A DNA stretch of 64,000 nt from Candidatus Oxydemutatoraceae bacterium (GTDB lineage Bacteria > Pseudomonadota > Gammaproteobacteria > Poriferisulfidales > Oxydemutatoraceae), in contig OZ244717.1 in NCBI GenBank assembly GCA_965218975.1, forward strand, positions 1,056,001 through 1,120,000, in the 5' to 3' direction. Under the pieces are notes generated by a model. The model worked only from the letters and a program-made list of their open reading frames with translations, searched no databases and was not told the DNA's origin. A program made the translations under genes and the position numbers. Position 1 is the first letter of the stretch; the number at the start of each line of letters is the position of its first letter. Below are positions 40,891 through 50,740 of this stretch, one piece after another.

Positions 40891-41868
40891 TCAATATCCG
40901 CGCAGTTTGCGCACAGCACGGGGCGTTCGGCCCGAGTAATCGGCATTCTGCCAAGACTTCAGTCTGGTGATAACCTTGGACGCATCGTCCTTGCTCGACA
41001 CATGTTCGCCGTCTAGTATCTCCCACTCGGCTTCGAAACGGTCGATTTCGAGTTCGTCGCACAGACCATCGATGTAAGCGGACTGCCGCTCCGTTTCCGG
41101 CTCAAGCTTTGCGGGCATGGCAGCGCCCTCCTTGGTCGACGCCATTCGCATCACGGCCAGCGTAGTCGCGATGTCACCTCGCGCCGTATGCTCATCTTTC
41201 GTTCTAACCCTCAGCAGTTCCGCGATATCCGCTAACCTATGCCTACCGCCTGGCATCCCTTGTCTGAATGCGCCAAGCAGACCCGTGAACCTACTATTGT
41301 CGGATTCCAGTCCATGCTTCGCCGTTGTCTGATTAAGCATCCGCGCATCGAACTCAGCGTTCCAAGCCAACACAGTGTTCGCACCCTCAAGAAGTGCTTT
41401 GAGTTCAGGCCATTTCCTCGCAAAATCCGACGCGTTCAATTCCTTTAGGCGCTCACGTGTCAGACCATTCACTCTGGATGCACCTCGTGTAAACCGAGCT
41501 CCTTTCGGTAGCATGAAGTAGGAGTGAAAGCGTTGCGCGCCGGTCGTATCGCAGACTGCGGCTTCCACGACAATCGCATTTTCATTCAGGCCTGTTGTCT
41601 CGACATCAATGATTAGTACATCGCGTCGATCCAATAGATTGCGTAAGACTAAATCCAGCGGCGCGCTCTTGCGCCCCGTCGTCTGTGACGTTTTCTTGCC
41701 TGATGATCTGGCAGGGGCGGATGTTGGTTTGCTCCTTTTGCGCAGTTTTCGAAAAAGCCATACAGTCGCAGATATCGAGAATGCCGCCCATGCAGCCGTA
41801 CCAGAATCGGCGCCGAAGACTACGAAGCTAACCCATACGAGGACCAGAGTTGCAATTGCGATTTTCAT
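40891..41868 (-). CDS. DEDDh 3'-5' exonuclease (DnaQ-like) with N-terminal membrane anchor
   Basis: IIDVETTG (ExoI), AWNAEFD (ExoII), HTARGD (ExoIII); two hydrophobic N-terminal segments followed by a basic linker. GGAGG-type RBS upstream. Confidence 0.82.
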   Translation of the reverse strand: MKIAIATLVLVWVSFVVFGADSGTAAWAAFSISATVWLFRKLRKRSKPTSAPARSSGKKTSQTTGRKSAPLDLVLRNLLDRRDVLIIDVETTGLNENAIVVEAAVCDTTGAQRFHSYFMLPKGARFTRGASRVNGLTRERLKELNASDFARKWPELKALLEGANTVLAWNAEFDARMLNQTTAKHGLESDNSRFTGLLGAFRQGMPGGRHRLADIAELLRVRTKDEHTARGDIATTLAVMRMASTKEGAAMPAKLEPETERQSAYIDGLCDELEIDRFEAEWEILDGEHVSSKDDASKVITRLKSWQNADYSGRTPRAVRKLRGY

Positions 41869-42022
41869 GCTCGAACCCCCTCCGTTCTCGCGGAGTATTT
41901 CTTGTTTGAGTCAACCTATCCCTGCTTGACTCCAGAAATCGAAACAGAAGAGATGCACCAACCGCACCGACTCGGCGCCCGGGCATCATAATACGGACTT
42001 CAGGCAGCCATCGGCGTAAGCG

Positions 42023-44020
42023 ATGATTCCTCTCCGCATCTTCATAAGCAGCGTGCAGAGCGAGTTCGCGCGGGAGCGCGAGGCCTTGCGCGCCTATCTG
42101 CGCGAAGACCCGATGATGCGGCGGTTCTTCGAGGTGTTCCTGTTCGAGGACGTCCCGGCGACAGACCGGCGCCCCGATGAGCTTTACCTGGACGAAGTTG
42201 AACGGTGCGATCTCTATGTGGGGCTGTTCGGAAAGGATTACGGGGCCGAAGACGACACGGGGATGTCGCCGACGGAGCGGGAGTTCGACCGCGCCACGGC
42301 GCTTGGCAAGCATCGCCTGATTTTCCTGAAGGCCGTGCATTCTGGTGTTCGGCATCCGAAAATGCGATCGTTGATCGGCAAGGCGCAAGGCAGGCTGATC
42401 CGAAAGCAATTCAACACTCGGGCGGAGTTGTTGGCCAGCTTATACGCGGCATTGGTGGAGTTCCTTGAAGGCAAGGAACTGCTGCGCTTCGAGCCGTTTG
42501 ACGCGACGCCTTGTGAGGGGGCCACGCTTGATGATCTCGATGCTGCACGGATGACCCGGTTCATCCGCACGGCCCGCAGAATTAGACAGTTTCCACTGGA
42601 CGAAGACACTCCGCCGGAGGACTTGCTCAAGCATCTGAACCTGTTGAACAAAGGGCGGCTGAGCAATGCCGCCGTGTTGCTGTTTGGTAAAGCGCCGCAA
42701 CGGTTTCTAATCTCGTCCGAGATCAAGTGCGCCCACTTCCACGGCACGGAAGTTGCCAAGCCTATTCCCTCCTATCAGGTCTACAAGGGAACGGTGTTTG
42801 ATCTGGTGGATCAGGCGGTGGACTTCGTATTGAGCAAGATCGCGTTGTCGATAGGCACGCGGGCGAAGAGCGTTGAAGTCCCGACAGCCTATGAGATTCC
42901 GAAGGAGGTAGTGACCGAGGCTATCGTAAACGCGGTGGTCCATCGCGACTACACAGATAACAGCAGCGTGCAGGTGATGCTCTTCGCGGACCGGTTGGAT
43001 GTGATGAATACGGGCCGACTGCCGCCGCCGCTGACTGTAGAGAAACTACGCGTTGCGCACGAGTCGTTGCCCGGCAATCCCCTGCTGGCAGATTCCATGT
43101 ACTTTGCCAGGTACATTGAAAAGATGGGAACGGGAACGGTGGATATGATCAAGCGCTGTGTGGCGGCCGGTCTGCCGGAGCCAGAGTTCGTTGCCAGCGG
43201 GGGCTTTGTCGCGACCGTACGGCGGCCGCGGAGTCATGCCTGCACTGTGACGGCGTATTGCGGCCGCGAGCCGCTGGCTGATGTCAACATACTGGCACTG
43301 TTTCCCGACAGAACCTGGAAGCGCTCAAGAACCGACGAACATGGAGAGGCACATATCGAACTGCATTCCCTCCATCTGCCTATGACGGTGTTCGCGGCTG
43401 CGGCGGGCTTTGCCGCATGCACAGAGTACGGCTGGACACCCTTAGAACAAGCACTCTCGCTGGAACTTAATTCGTTAAATGACGGCGGCGCGGTTATCTT
43501 CCCCAATGCGACCGGCTACCTCCCTAGGCTTGAAGGTAGATTGAATCCTATTCGGGATACCCATGGCCGCACCTATCTTTATGCTTCAAACATCTCCATC
43601 AACGACGGCCAACCGCAACCGGTTCACTTCGTCCTTGGCGAGGAACTGCGCCTCACTGACGCTGACGGGAACGAACTTCTGGCACGCGTTGTTGACATCG
43701 TAGGTCGGTCAGCGCTGATAGAGTATCGTGCGACTCGGGCTTCATCGGTAACACGGCCAGAGTCACGGCCAGAGTCACTGGAGGCGAAGGTGCTAAGCCT
43801 GTTGGCCGTAGGGCCGATGTCGAAGACCGAGTTGTCCAGGAACTTAGGGCAGAAGAAAATCTCCGGGCAACTCAACAAGGTCGTTCGGCTGCTTGTGACT
43901 GAACGGTTGATTGAGTACACGCTGCCGGACAAACCTCGCAGTCGGCTGCAAAAATATCAGCTGACGGACAAGGGGCGCGCCGCTGTTGAAAACATCAGAA
44001 CAGAAGGCACAGAATCATGA
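42023..44020 (+). CDS. DUF4062 N-terminal domain plus HATPase_c_4 and C-terminal winged helix protein
   Basis: RIFISSVQSEF...CDLYVGLFGKDYG...SPTEREF; EAIVNAVVHRDY; IEKMGTG; IEYTLPDKPRSRLQKYQLT. Confidence 0.78.
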   Translation: MIPLRIFISSVQSEFAREREALRAYLREDPMMRRFFEVFLFEDVPATDRRPDELYLDEVERCDLYVGLFGKDYGAEDDTGMSPTEREFDRATALGKHRLIFLKAVHSGVRHPKMRSLIGKAQGRLIRKQFNTRAELLASLYAALVEFLEGKELLRFEPFDATPCEGATLDDLDAARMTRFIRTARRIRQFPLDEDTPPEDLLKHLNLLNKGRLSNAAVLLFGKAPQRFLISSEIKCAHFHGTEVAKPIPSYQVYKGTVFDLVDQAVDFVLSKIALSIGTRAKSVEVPTAYEIPKEVVTEAIVNAVVHRDYTDNSSVQVMLFADRLDVMNTGRLPPPLTVEKLRVAHESLPGNPLLADSMYFARYIEKMGTGTVDMIKRCVAAGLPEPEFVASGGFVATVRRPRSHACTVTAYCGREPLADVNILALFPDRTWKRSRTDEHGEAHIELHSLHLPMTVFAAAAGFAACTEYGWTPLEQALSLELNSLNDGGAVIFPNATGYLPRLEGRLNPIRDTHGRTYLYASNISINDGQPQPVHFVLGEELRLTDADGNELLARVVDIVGRSALIEYRATRASSVTRPESRPESLEAKVLSLLAVGPMSKTELSRNLGQKKISGQLNKVVRLLVTERLIEYTLPDKPRSRLQKYQLTDKGRAAVENIRTEGTES

Positions 44021-44351
44021 GCACCGTCGGAGAACGAGAAATCCGCACGCAACAGCGTGTCGTCAAGTTCTTCCGTGACGCGCTCGGCTATGTCTATCTC
44101 GGTAACCGGAAGGACCGCTCCGACAACCGCAATGTCGAGAAAGACCGGGTTGCCGACCGACTCAAACGCCAAGGGTACAGAGATAAAATCATCGGCAAGG
44201 TGCTGTTTGAGCCGAACAAGGCAACGACGCTTGGCAGCAATAAGAATCTCTACGATGCCAGTTGTGAGGTCTATGGTCTGCCGCGCTATGGCGTGACCGA
44301 GACACCGGAGAAGTACTGGTTGCATTGGAAGGAAGCCGATACAAGACCCGC
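44017..44351 (+). pseudogene. hsdR 5' fragment 1 with internal deletion
   Basis: MSTVGEREIRTQQRVVKFFRDALGY...KNLYDA...RYGV joined directly to ETPEKYWLHWKEAD; homologous to the start of the HsdR at 47588. Confidence 0.85.
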
Positions 44352-44417
44352 GCCGTCAAGCAGGGCATGATGCAGCAGCTTCTCACCGGGCGGGTAAGGC
44401 TGGTCAAATCGGAGTAG
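44352..44417 (+). pseudogene. Orphan hsdS 3' tail
   Basis: Translates AVKQGMMQQLLTGRVRLVKSE*, matching the hsdS end AIKQGMMQQLLTGQVRLVKSREGQ* (34305-34379). Confidence 0.85.
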
Positions 44418-44419
44418 TC

Positions 44420-44905
44420 ATGGCGGTAACGTACTTAGACCAAAAGATCGATTCGTTGGTACAAGAACGCAAGCCCGCATCTGCCGATTGGCGCAATCGG
44501 ATTCGGCTAAAACCTAAGCGGGGACCCCTATGGCAGTCGCAACTGGATCTGACCGGTGATGCAGGTAGTGAGTTCCGTTTGATCTTTAGGCAGAACAAGA
44601 TCAACCTGCTCGACTTCTCGGTCATCCTGGCTGTTCGAGTTCCGGAGTCGAATCAGATATTCCGCCTCCGGCGTTACAATGGCAAGAGTCACGAACACAC
44701 CAACCATATTGAAGCCATCACATTTTATGATTTCCACATTCATGTTGCGGCGGAGCGGTATCAGGAGTACGGAACACGAGAGGATGCCTACGCCGAGCCG
44801 ACTGATCGTTACGGCGACTTCCAATGCGCTCTTCGCTGCCTAATTGACGATGCGAATCTCAAAGTTCCGCCTGAATCGCAGGGTGACCTTTTCGAGGAGC
44901 GCTAA
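44420..44905 (+). CDS. Hypothetical protein with His-rich motif (LRRYNG..HEHTN...FHIH), partner of the next gene
   Basis: 161-aa ORF directly abutting the downstream DUF1828-like gene. Confidence 0.7.
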   Translation: MAVTYLDQKIDSLVQERKPASADWRNRIRLKPKRGPLWQSQLDLTGDAGSEFRLIFRQNKINLLDFSVILAVRVPESNQIFRLRRYNGKSHEHTNHIEAITFYDFHIHVAAERYQEYGTREDAYAEPTDRYGDFQCALRCLIDDANLKVPPESQGDLFEER

Positions 44906-45685
44906 GTGATGTCCGCCGAGACCATAGAACGAGATTTCCACCGGAAGGTTTCGGCGAAGGTTCGGTTAGCGGCCGAGGGTATGGAACGCTTCCGCGTGTT
45001 TACTCCGTTCCTGTTCGAGGACGGTGATCACTTAACCATTGTCCTGAAGAAAGAGGGCCCTCGGTGGGTATTGTCCGATGAGGCGCACACATACATGCAC
45101 CTAACCTATGACGTTGATGAAAGGGAGCTTCACAGCGGAACACGCCAGAAGATCATATCAAACGCATTGTCCATGTTCCAGATCGAGGACCGGGATGGCG
45201 AGTTGGTACTCGATGTTCCGGATGAGCGTTACGGAGACGCCCTTTATTCCTTCATACAGGGGCTTCTCAAAATCTCCGACGTATCCTACCTGTCACGGGA
45301 ACGGGTTCGGTCCACGTTTATGGAGGATTTTCGGGCACTGCTGAGTGATGCTGTCTCGGAAAAGCGCAGAAGTTTCGACTGGAGCGACCCCAGACATGAC
45401 CCTAAAGGGATTTACACTGTGGACTGCCGAATCAACGGCATGCACCGGCCACTTTTTGTTCACGCCCTTGCGAGTGACGATAGGACCCGCGACGCTACGA
45501 TAACGCTGCACCAGTTCGAGAAGTGGGGGATTCGGTTCCGGTCCCTGGCCATCTTCGAGGATCAGGAGTCGATCAATCGCAAGGTGCTGGCACGCTTCAG
45601 CGACGTCTGCGAGAAGCAGTTCTCCAGCCTTACCGCGAACCGTGAAAGGATCGCGTATTTTCTGGATGAACGCATCTCGGGATGA
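44906..45685 (+). CDS. DUF1828-like protein
   Basis: [16 protein letters not shown]...[10 protein letters not shown]-terminal pattern; GAGGAG RBS. Confidence 0.65.
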   Translation: MMSAETIERDFHRKVSAKVRLAAEGMERFRVFTPFLFEDGDHLTIVLKKEGPRWVLSDEAHTYMHLTYDVDERELHSGTRQKIISNALSMFQIEDRDGELVLDVPDERYGDALYSFIQGLLKISDVSYLSRERVRSTFMEDFRALLSDAVSEKRRSFDWSDPRHDPKGIYTVDCRINGMHRPLFVHALASDDRTRDATITLHQFEKWGIRFRSLAIFEDQESINRKVLARFSDVCEKQFSSLTANRERIAYFLDERISG

Positions 45686-45724
45686 GACGTATCTGACCTT
45701 GACGTTGAGAAGATGCGCCTCACC

Positions 45725-45980
45725 CGCTGGTTGAGACGTTAGGGTCACGGCGACAAGATCATCAACAAGGCATTGTGCGAGATGGATAAGGCAGTAGCGT
45801 TCGGTGGCAGTAAGAACCTTCACGATGCCAATTGCGAGACCTACAGCCTGCTCCGCTATGATACGATCGAGACACCGGAGAAGTACTGGCTGCGTTGGAA
45901 GGAAGCCGAGGCCGCCTCGGATGCTAGCGACAACCCGTTACTCCGTGAACTGGGGTAGCTTTGCGACAAGGAGCGGCTTT
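45725..45980 (+). pseudogene. hsdR 5' fragment 2 with the same internal deletion and stop codons
   Basis: WLRR*GHGDKIINKAL...KNLHDANCETYSLLRY joined to IETPEKYWLRWKEA...LLRELG*LCDKERL. Confidence 0.82.
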
Positions 45981-46014
45981 TCAAACCTGAAACTCTGGGA
46001 AAAAAGATGACGAC

Positions 46015-47595
46015 ATGAGCGAGAGTCAGAACATAGAATGGAAAAAGACGTGGCGGGACGAATACCTAAAATGGATCTGCGGCTTCACCAATGCTCAGGG
46101 CGGCGTACTGGAAATCGGCAAGAATGACCGGGGTGAAGTGGTCGGAGTGAAGGGTATTCTCCAGCTGCTTGAGGAGACCCCCAATAAGGTGCAGGCATTG
46201 CTCAGCATCGTGGTTGACGTGAACTTGAAGTCGGAAGACGGTAGGGAATATCTGGAAATCGCGGTTGATCCTTATCCGAATCCAATCAGCTACAAAGGCG
46301 AATTTCACTATCGAAGCGGCAGCACCAAGCAGGTGCTCAGAGGTGCGGCGCTTAGCCGTTTCCTGTTGCAGAAATATGGCCGAACGTGGGACGATGCACC
46401 CCTGCCGGGTGTCGGCCTCAAGGACTTGGACAGTCGTGTCTTTGATAGGTTTCGCCGGCGGGGCGCCGACAGTGAACGCTTGCCGCGAGACATCTTGGAC
46501 GAATCCAATGAGAGAGTGATCGAAAGGCTGCAACTGCGAGAGGCGAGTTTCCTGAGACGCGCCGCGGTACTGCTTTTTCACCCAGCGCCGGACCGGTTCG
46601 TGATGGAAGCCTATGTGAAGATCGGCTATTTCCGCGGTTCGGAGCTGTTGTATCAGGATGTTGTCGAAGGCGACTTGTTCACTCAGGTCGATCGGACGAT
46701 GGACTTGCTGTACACAAAGTACACGAAAGCATTGATTTCCTACGACGGCGTTTACCGTGTGGAGACTTTTCCCGTGCCGCGCGAAGCTATGCGCGAAGCG
46801 GTGATCAACGCCATTATTCACCGGGACTACGCTAGTCCCACCACGATTCAGATTCGCGTGTACGACGATCGGGTCGCGATCTGGAACGCGGTGCAGTTGC
46901 CGCCTGAATGGACCGCTGCCGGTCAACGTACTGGGGAATTTTCGTCAAAGCCGTACAACCCACGGATTGCTTACGCATTCTTCCGAGCCGGAATGATTGA
47001 AGCTTGGGGACGAGGCATCCGGCGAATCGTGGAAATGTGCAAGGAGGCCGGCAATCCCACGCCAAAGTGGGAATTGGAACCGGGTGGTGACGGTTTATGG
47101 TTGAAGCTTCCATTCTCTGCCGCGTATCAAGTGGCCGATTCTCTTGTTGGCAGTGTCGCTACCCCCAAGACTACCTCAAAGACTACCCAGGAACGAATCC
47201 TGGTCTTACTCAAAGCTGAGCCTGAGCTCACCCGGCGTATGCTCGCCGAACGTGTTGGCCTTACGCCGAATGGGCTTAAGTATCACTTGAATAAGCTGCG
47301 TGCTGCCGGAGCCATCCGGCATGTCGGACCGACCAGAACAGGTCGCTGGGAGGTGCTGACTACCCCAAAGACTACCCAAAAAACTAGCCAAGAACAAGAG
47401 AAAACTAGGGAGAAAATTTTGGCCATGATTGCCGCTGATCCCTCAATTACTACGGCAGAGCTGGCGAACCGACTCGGAATCACGTCAAAGGGCATTGAGT
47501 GGCAGATCAGCAAGCTGAAACAAACGGGCATTCTTAAACGAATTGGGCCCGCCAAGGGCGGTCATTGGAAAGTGGTGGAAACAAAGGATGAGTAA
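46015..47595 (+). CDS. Schlafen/AlbA_2-HATPase_c_4 protein with two C-terminal HTH domains (intact paralog of 36964-40698)
   Basis: ESQNIEWK...CGFTNAQGG; REAVINAIIHRDY; IEAWGRG; two HTH units ending GRWEVL and GHWKVV. Confidence 0.85.
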   Translation: MSESQNIEWKKTWRDEYLKWICGFTNAQGGVLEIGKNDRGEVVGVKGILQLLEETPNKVQALLSIVVDVNLKSEDGREYLEIAVDPYPNPISYKGEFHYRSGSTKQVLRGAALSRFLLQKYGRTWDDAPLPGVGLKDLDSRVFDRFRRRGADSERLPRDILDESNERVIERLQLREASFLRRAAVLLFHPAPDRFVMEAYVKIGYFRGSELLYQDVVEGDLFTQVDRTMDLLYTKYTKALISYDGVYRVETFPVPREAMREAVINAIIHRDYASPTTIQIRVYDDRVAIWNAVQLPPEWTAAGQRTGEFSSKPYNPRIAYAFFRAGMIEAWGRGIRRIVEMCKEAGNPTPKWELEPGGDGLWLKLPFSAAYQVADSLVGSVATPKTTSKTTQERILVLLKAEPELTRRMLAERVGLTPNGLKYHLNKLRAAGAIRHVGPTRTGRWEVLTTPKTTQKTSQEQEKTREKILAMIAADPSITTAELANRLGITSKGIEWQISKLKQTGILKRIGPAKGGHWKVVETKDE

Positions 47596-50500
47596 GGTCG
47601 GCCAGCGGGAAATCCAAACCCAGCAAGAGGTAGTTGCCTTCTTCCGGGACACGCTCGGCTACAGGTATCTCGGTCACTGGCAGGACCGGTTCGGCAACTG
47701 CAACGTCGAGATAGGGCTGGTTGAAGACTGGCTTAAGCGCCAGGGGTGCAGCGATAAGATCATCGAAAAGGCGCTACTCGAGCTGAATAAGGTAGCGGGG
47801 TTCGGTGACGGTAAGAACCTCTACGATGCCAATCACGAGACCTACAGCCTGCTTCGTTACGGTGTGAAGGTGCAGCCGAACGTGGGCGAAAGAAACGAGA
47901 CGGTCTGGCTGATTGATTGGAAGGACCCCGCCAACAACGACTTCGCCGTCGCCGAAGAGGTGACGGTTATCGGCGAGAATAACAAGCGACCCGATCTCGT
48001 GCTCTACGTCAACGGCATTGCCTTGGGGGTGCTGGAACTAAAGCGCTCGACAGTGTCGGTGACCGAGGGCATCCGCCAGAACCTCGACAGCCAAAAGAAG
48101 GAATTCATCCAGTCATTTTTCGCCACCGTGCAGCTCGTGATGGCGGGCAACGACACCGAGGGCCTGCGCTACGGCGTGATCGGGACGTCGGAGAAATACT
48201 GGCTGCACTGGAAGGAAGCCGATGCCGACCCGGGCGCCAGCGATAAATCGCTGCTGCTCCGCGAGCTGGGGCAGCTCTGCCGCAAGGAGCGGCTGCTGGA
48301 GATCATCCACGATTTCGTCGTCTTTGATACGGGTACCAAAAAGATCTGCCGCCACAACCAGTACTTCGGCGTGAAGGCGGCGCAGGCCCGCGTGGAGCAC
48401 CGCGAGGGCGGCATCGTCTGGCATACCCAAGGCAGCGGCAAGAGCCTGACCATGGTCTGGCTGGCCAAGTGGATCCGCGAGCACGTCACAGACGCTCGGG
48501 TACTACTCATCACCGATCGCACCGAACTGGACGAGCAGATCGAGAAGGTCTTCAAGGGCGTCAGCGAGGACCTCCATCGCACGGAAAGCGGTGCCGACTT
48601 GGTGCGTGTGCTCAACACCAGCGACGAATGGCTGATCGCTTCGCTAATCCACAAGTTCGGCGCGTCCGAAGAAGGCGACGTCGATAAATTCGTCGAGGAC
48701 ATTCGCAGCCACCTGCCCAAAGACTTCCGCGCCAAGGGCGATATCTTCGTCTTCGTAGATGAGTGCCACCGCACTCAGTCCGGCAAGCTCCACGACGCGA
48801 TGAAGGCGCTGCTGCCGGGAGCCATGCTGATCGGTTTCACCGGAACGCCTTTGCTCAAGAGCGACAAGCGACAGAGCATCGAAACCTTCGGGCCGTACAT
48901 CCACACCTATAAGTACGAAGAGGCAGTGAGAGACCGCGTAGTGCTGGACTTGCGCTACGAGGCGCGCGACATTGATCAGAACATCACCTCGCAGACCAAG
49001 ATTGATCAGTGGTTTGATCTGAAGACTTGTGGACTGGCCGATGTGGCTAAGGCCCGGCTTAAGCAGCGTTGGGGCACGATGCGGAGGGTCCTGAGCGCGC
49101 GCGAACGGTTGGAAAAAATTGTCGCTGATATTCTGCTCGACATGGAGACGCGCGACCGTCTCAAGAGCGGCCGCGGCAACGCCATGCTTGTATCCGACAG
49201 CATCTACTCGGCCTGCCGTTTCTTCGAGAGGTTTCAGGAGCACGGTCTGGCGGGAAAATGTGCCATCGTCACTTCATACAGACCGGCCTGTTCGGACATC
49301 AAGGGAGAAGAAACAGGAGAAGGACTCACCGAGAAGCTGCTGCAGTACTACACCTATCGGAAGATGCTCGCCGTGCACTTCAACGAGCCGGAAGAAACGG
49401 CGATGCACAAGGTCAATACCTTCGAGAAGGAGGTGAAGAGGCGCTTCGTTAAGGAACCAGGGCAGATGAATCTTTTGATCGTGGTAGATAAGCTGCTGAC
49501 CGGTTTCGACGCTCCTCCGGCAACCTATCTCTACATCGACAAGCACATGCAGGACCACGGCTTGTTCCAGGCGATCTGTCGGGTGAACCGCCTCGACGGT
49601 GAAGACAAAGAATACGGCTATATCATTGACTACAAGGATCTGTTCCGGTCGCTTGAGAGATCAATCAAGGACTACACCGGCGAAGCATTCGACGGCTACG
49701 ACAAGGCTGACGTAGAGGGGCTGTTGAAGGACCGACTCCGGCAGGGCCGGAAACAGCTGGAGGGGGCACGCGAGGAAATCAAAGATCTGTGCGAGTTAGT
49801 TGAGCCACCGTACGACATGGAGGCCTATCTGCGTTTTTTCTGCGCGGCCGAAAGCGGCAATGTTCGACAGCTCAAGGAGAACGAACCCAAGCGGGTTAAG
49901 TTGTACAAGCGGAGTGCAGCTTTCCTACGCGCCTATGCCAACTTGGCCAACGAGATGCGCGAGGCCGGCTATTCCGATGCTGAGACTCAGGAGATCAAAG
50001 CCGAAGTGGACCACTACGAGAAGGTTCGCCAGGAGGTCAAGTTGGCCAGTGGCGACTACATTGATCTGAAGGTGTACGAGCCAGCCATGCGTCACCTGCT
50101 CGATACGTACATTCGCGCCGAAGAGAGCGAGCAGCTATCGAAATTCGACGATCTGACGCTTGTGCAACTGATTGTCGAGCAAGGCGAACAGGCGCTCGAT
50201 TCGCTTCCCGAGGGCATCCGCAAGAGCCAAAGCGCGAAAGCTGAGACAATTGAAAACAACGTCCGGCGGTTCATCATCGACAAGATGGCGGTCAACCCAA
50301 AATATTACGAGAAGATGTCGGAGCTGCTGGAAGCCTTGATCCGGCAACGCAAGCAAGAGGCGATTGACTACAAGAAATATCTGGCGCAGATCGTCAGTCT
50401 GATCGGAAAGATCAGCCGGCCGGAGACCCAAGCATCCTATCCTCCGCGCATCAACAGCCCGGCATTGAGAGCGCTTTTCGATAACTTAGATGGCTTAAAG

Positions 50501-50740
50501 GAGCGGGATTTGGCAGTACGAGAGCCAAAAGCAGATTTTGGCGCTGAGCCGGACGCGGACCTCAGAGAGGCGATGGCGCTTGCCTTGGATTGCGCCATCC
50601 GCCTGAAAAAAAAGGCGGACTGGCGGGGCAACAGGCTCAAGGAACGCGAGATCCTCAACGTCATCGAGTCGGAACTCGACGGCGACGAGAGCCTTGCAAA
50701 AGCGATATTCGAGATCGTGAAGGCGCAGGGTGACTACTAA
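47588..50740 (+). CDS. hsdR: Type I restriction endonuclease subunit R
   Basis: RPDLVLYVNG...VLELK nuclease motif, WHTQGSGKS, VDECHR, GFTGTP, LLTGFDAP, FQAICRVNR. ATG overlaps the upstream stop. Confidence 0.96.
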   Translation: MSKVGQREIQTQQEVVAFFRDTLGYRYLGHWQDRFGNCNVEIGLVEDWLKRQGCSDKIIEKALLELNKVAGFGDGKNLYDANHETYSLLRYGVKVQPNVGERNETVWLIDWKDPANNDFAVAEEVTVIGENNKRPDLVLYVNGIALGVLELKRSTVSVTEGIRQNLDSQKKEFIQSFFATVQLVMAGNDTEGLRYGVIGTSEKYWLHWKEADADPGASDKSLLLRELGQLCRKERLLEIIHDFVVFDTGTKKICRHNQYFGVKAAQARVEHREGGIVWHTQGSGKSLTMVWLAKWIREHVTDARVLLITDRTELDEQIEKVFKGVSEDLHRTESGADLVRVLNTSDEWLIASLIHKFGASEEGDVDKFVEDIRSHLPKDFRAKGDIFVFVDECHRTQSGKLHDAMKALLPGAMLIGFTGTPLLKSDKRQSIETFGPYIHTYKYEEAVRDRVVLDLRYEARDIDQNITSQTKIDQWFDLKTCGLADVAKARLKQRWGTMRRVLSARERLEKIVADILLDMETRDRLKSGRGNAMLVSDSIYSACRFFERFQEHGLAGKCAIVTSYRPACSDIKGEETGEGLTEKLLQYYTYRKMLAVHFNEPEETAMHKVNTFEKEVKRRFVKEPGQMNLLIVVDKLLTGFDAPPATYLYIDKHMQDHGLFQAICRVNRLDGEDKEYGYIIDYKDLFRSLERSIKDYTGEAFDGYDKADVEGLLKDRLRQGRKQLEGAREEIKDLCELVEPPYDMEAYLRFFCAAESGNVRQLKENEPKRVKLYKRSAAFLRAYANLANEMREAGYSDAETQEIKAEVDHYEKVRQEVKLASGDYIDLKVYEPAMRHLLDTYIRAEESEQLSKFDDLTLVQLIVEQGEQALDSLPEGIRKSQSAKAETIENNVRRFIIDKMAVNPKYYEKMSELLEALIRQRKQEAIDYKKYLAQIVSLIGKISRPETQASYPPRINSPALRALFDNLDGLKERDLAVREPKADFGAEPDADLREAMALALDCAIRLKKKADWRGNRLKEREILNVIESELDGDESLAKAIFEIVKAQGDY

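Noticed and set aside
33114-44417. Invertible hsdS shufflon
   Set aside because: The extra hsdS sequence is only a 66-bp tail in direct orientation, with no spare TRD and no recombinase nearby.
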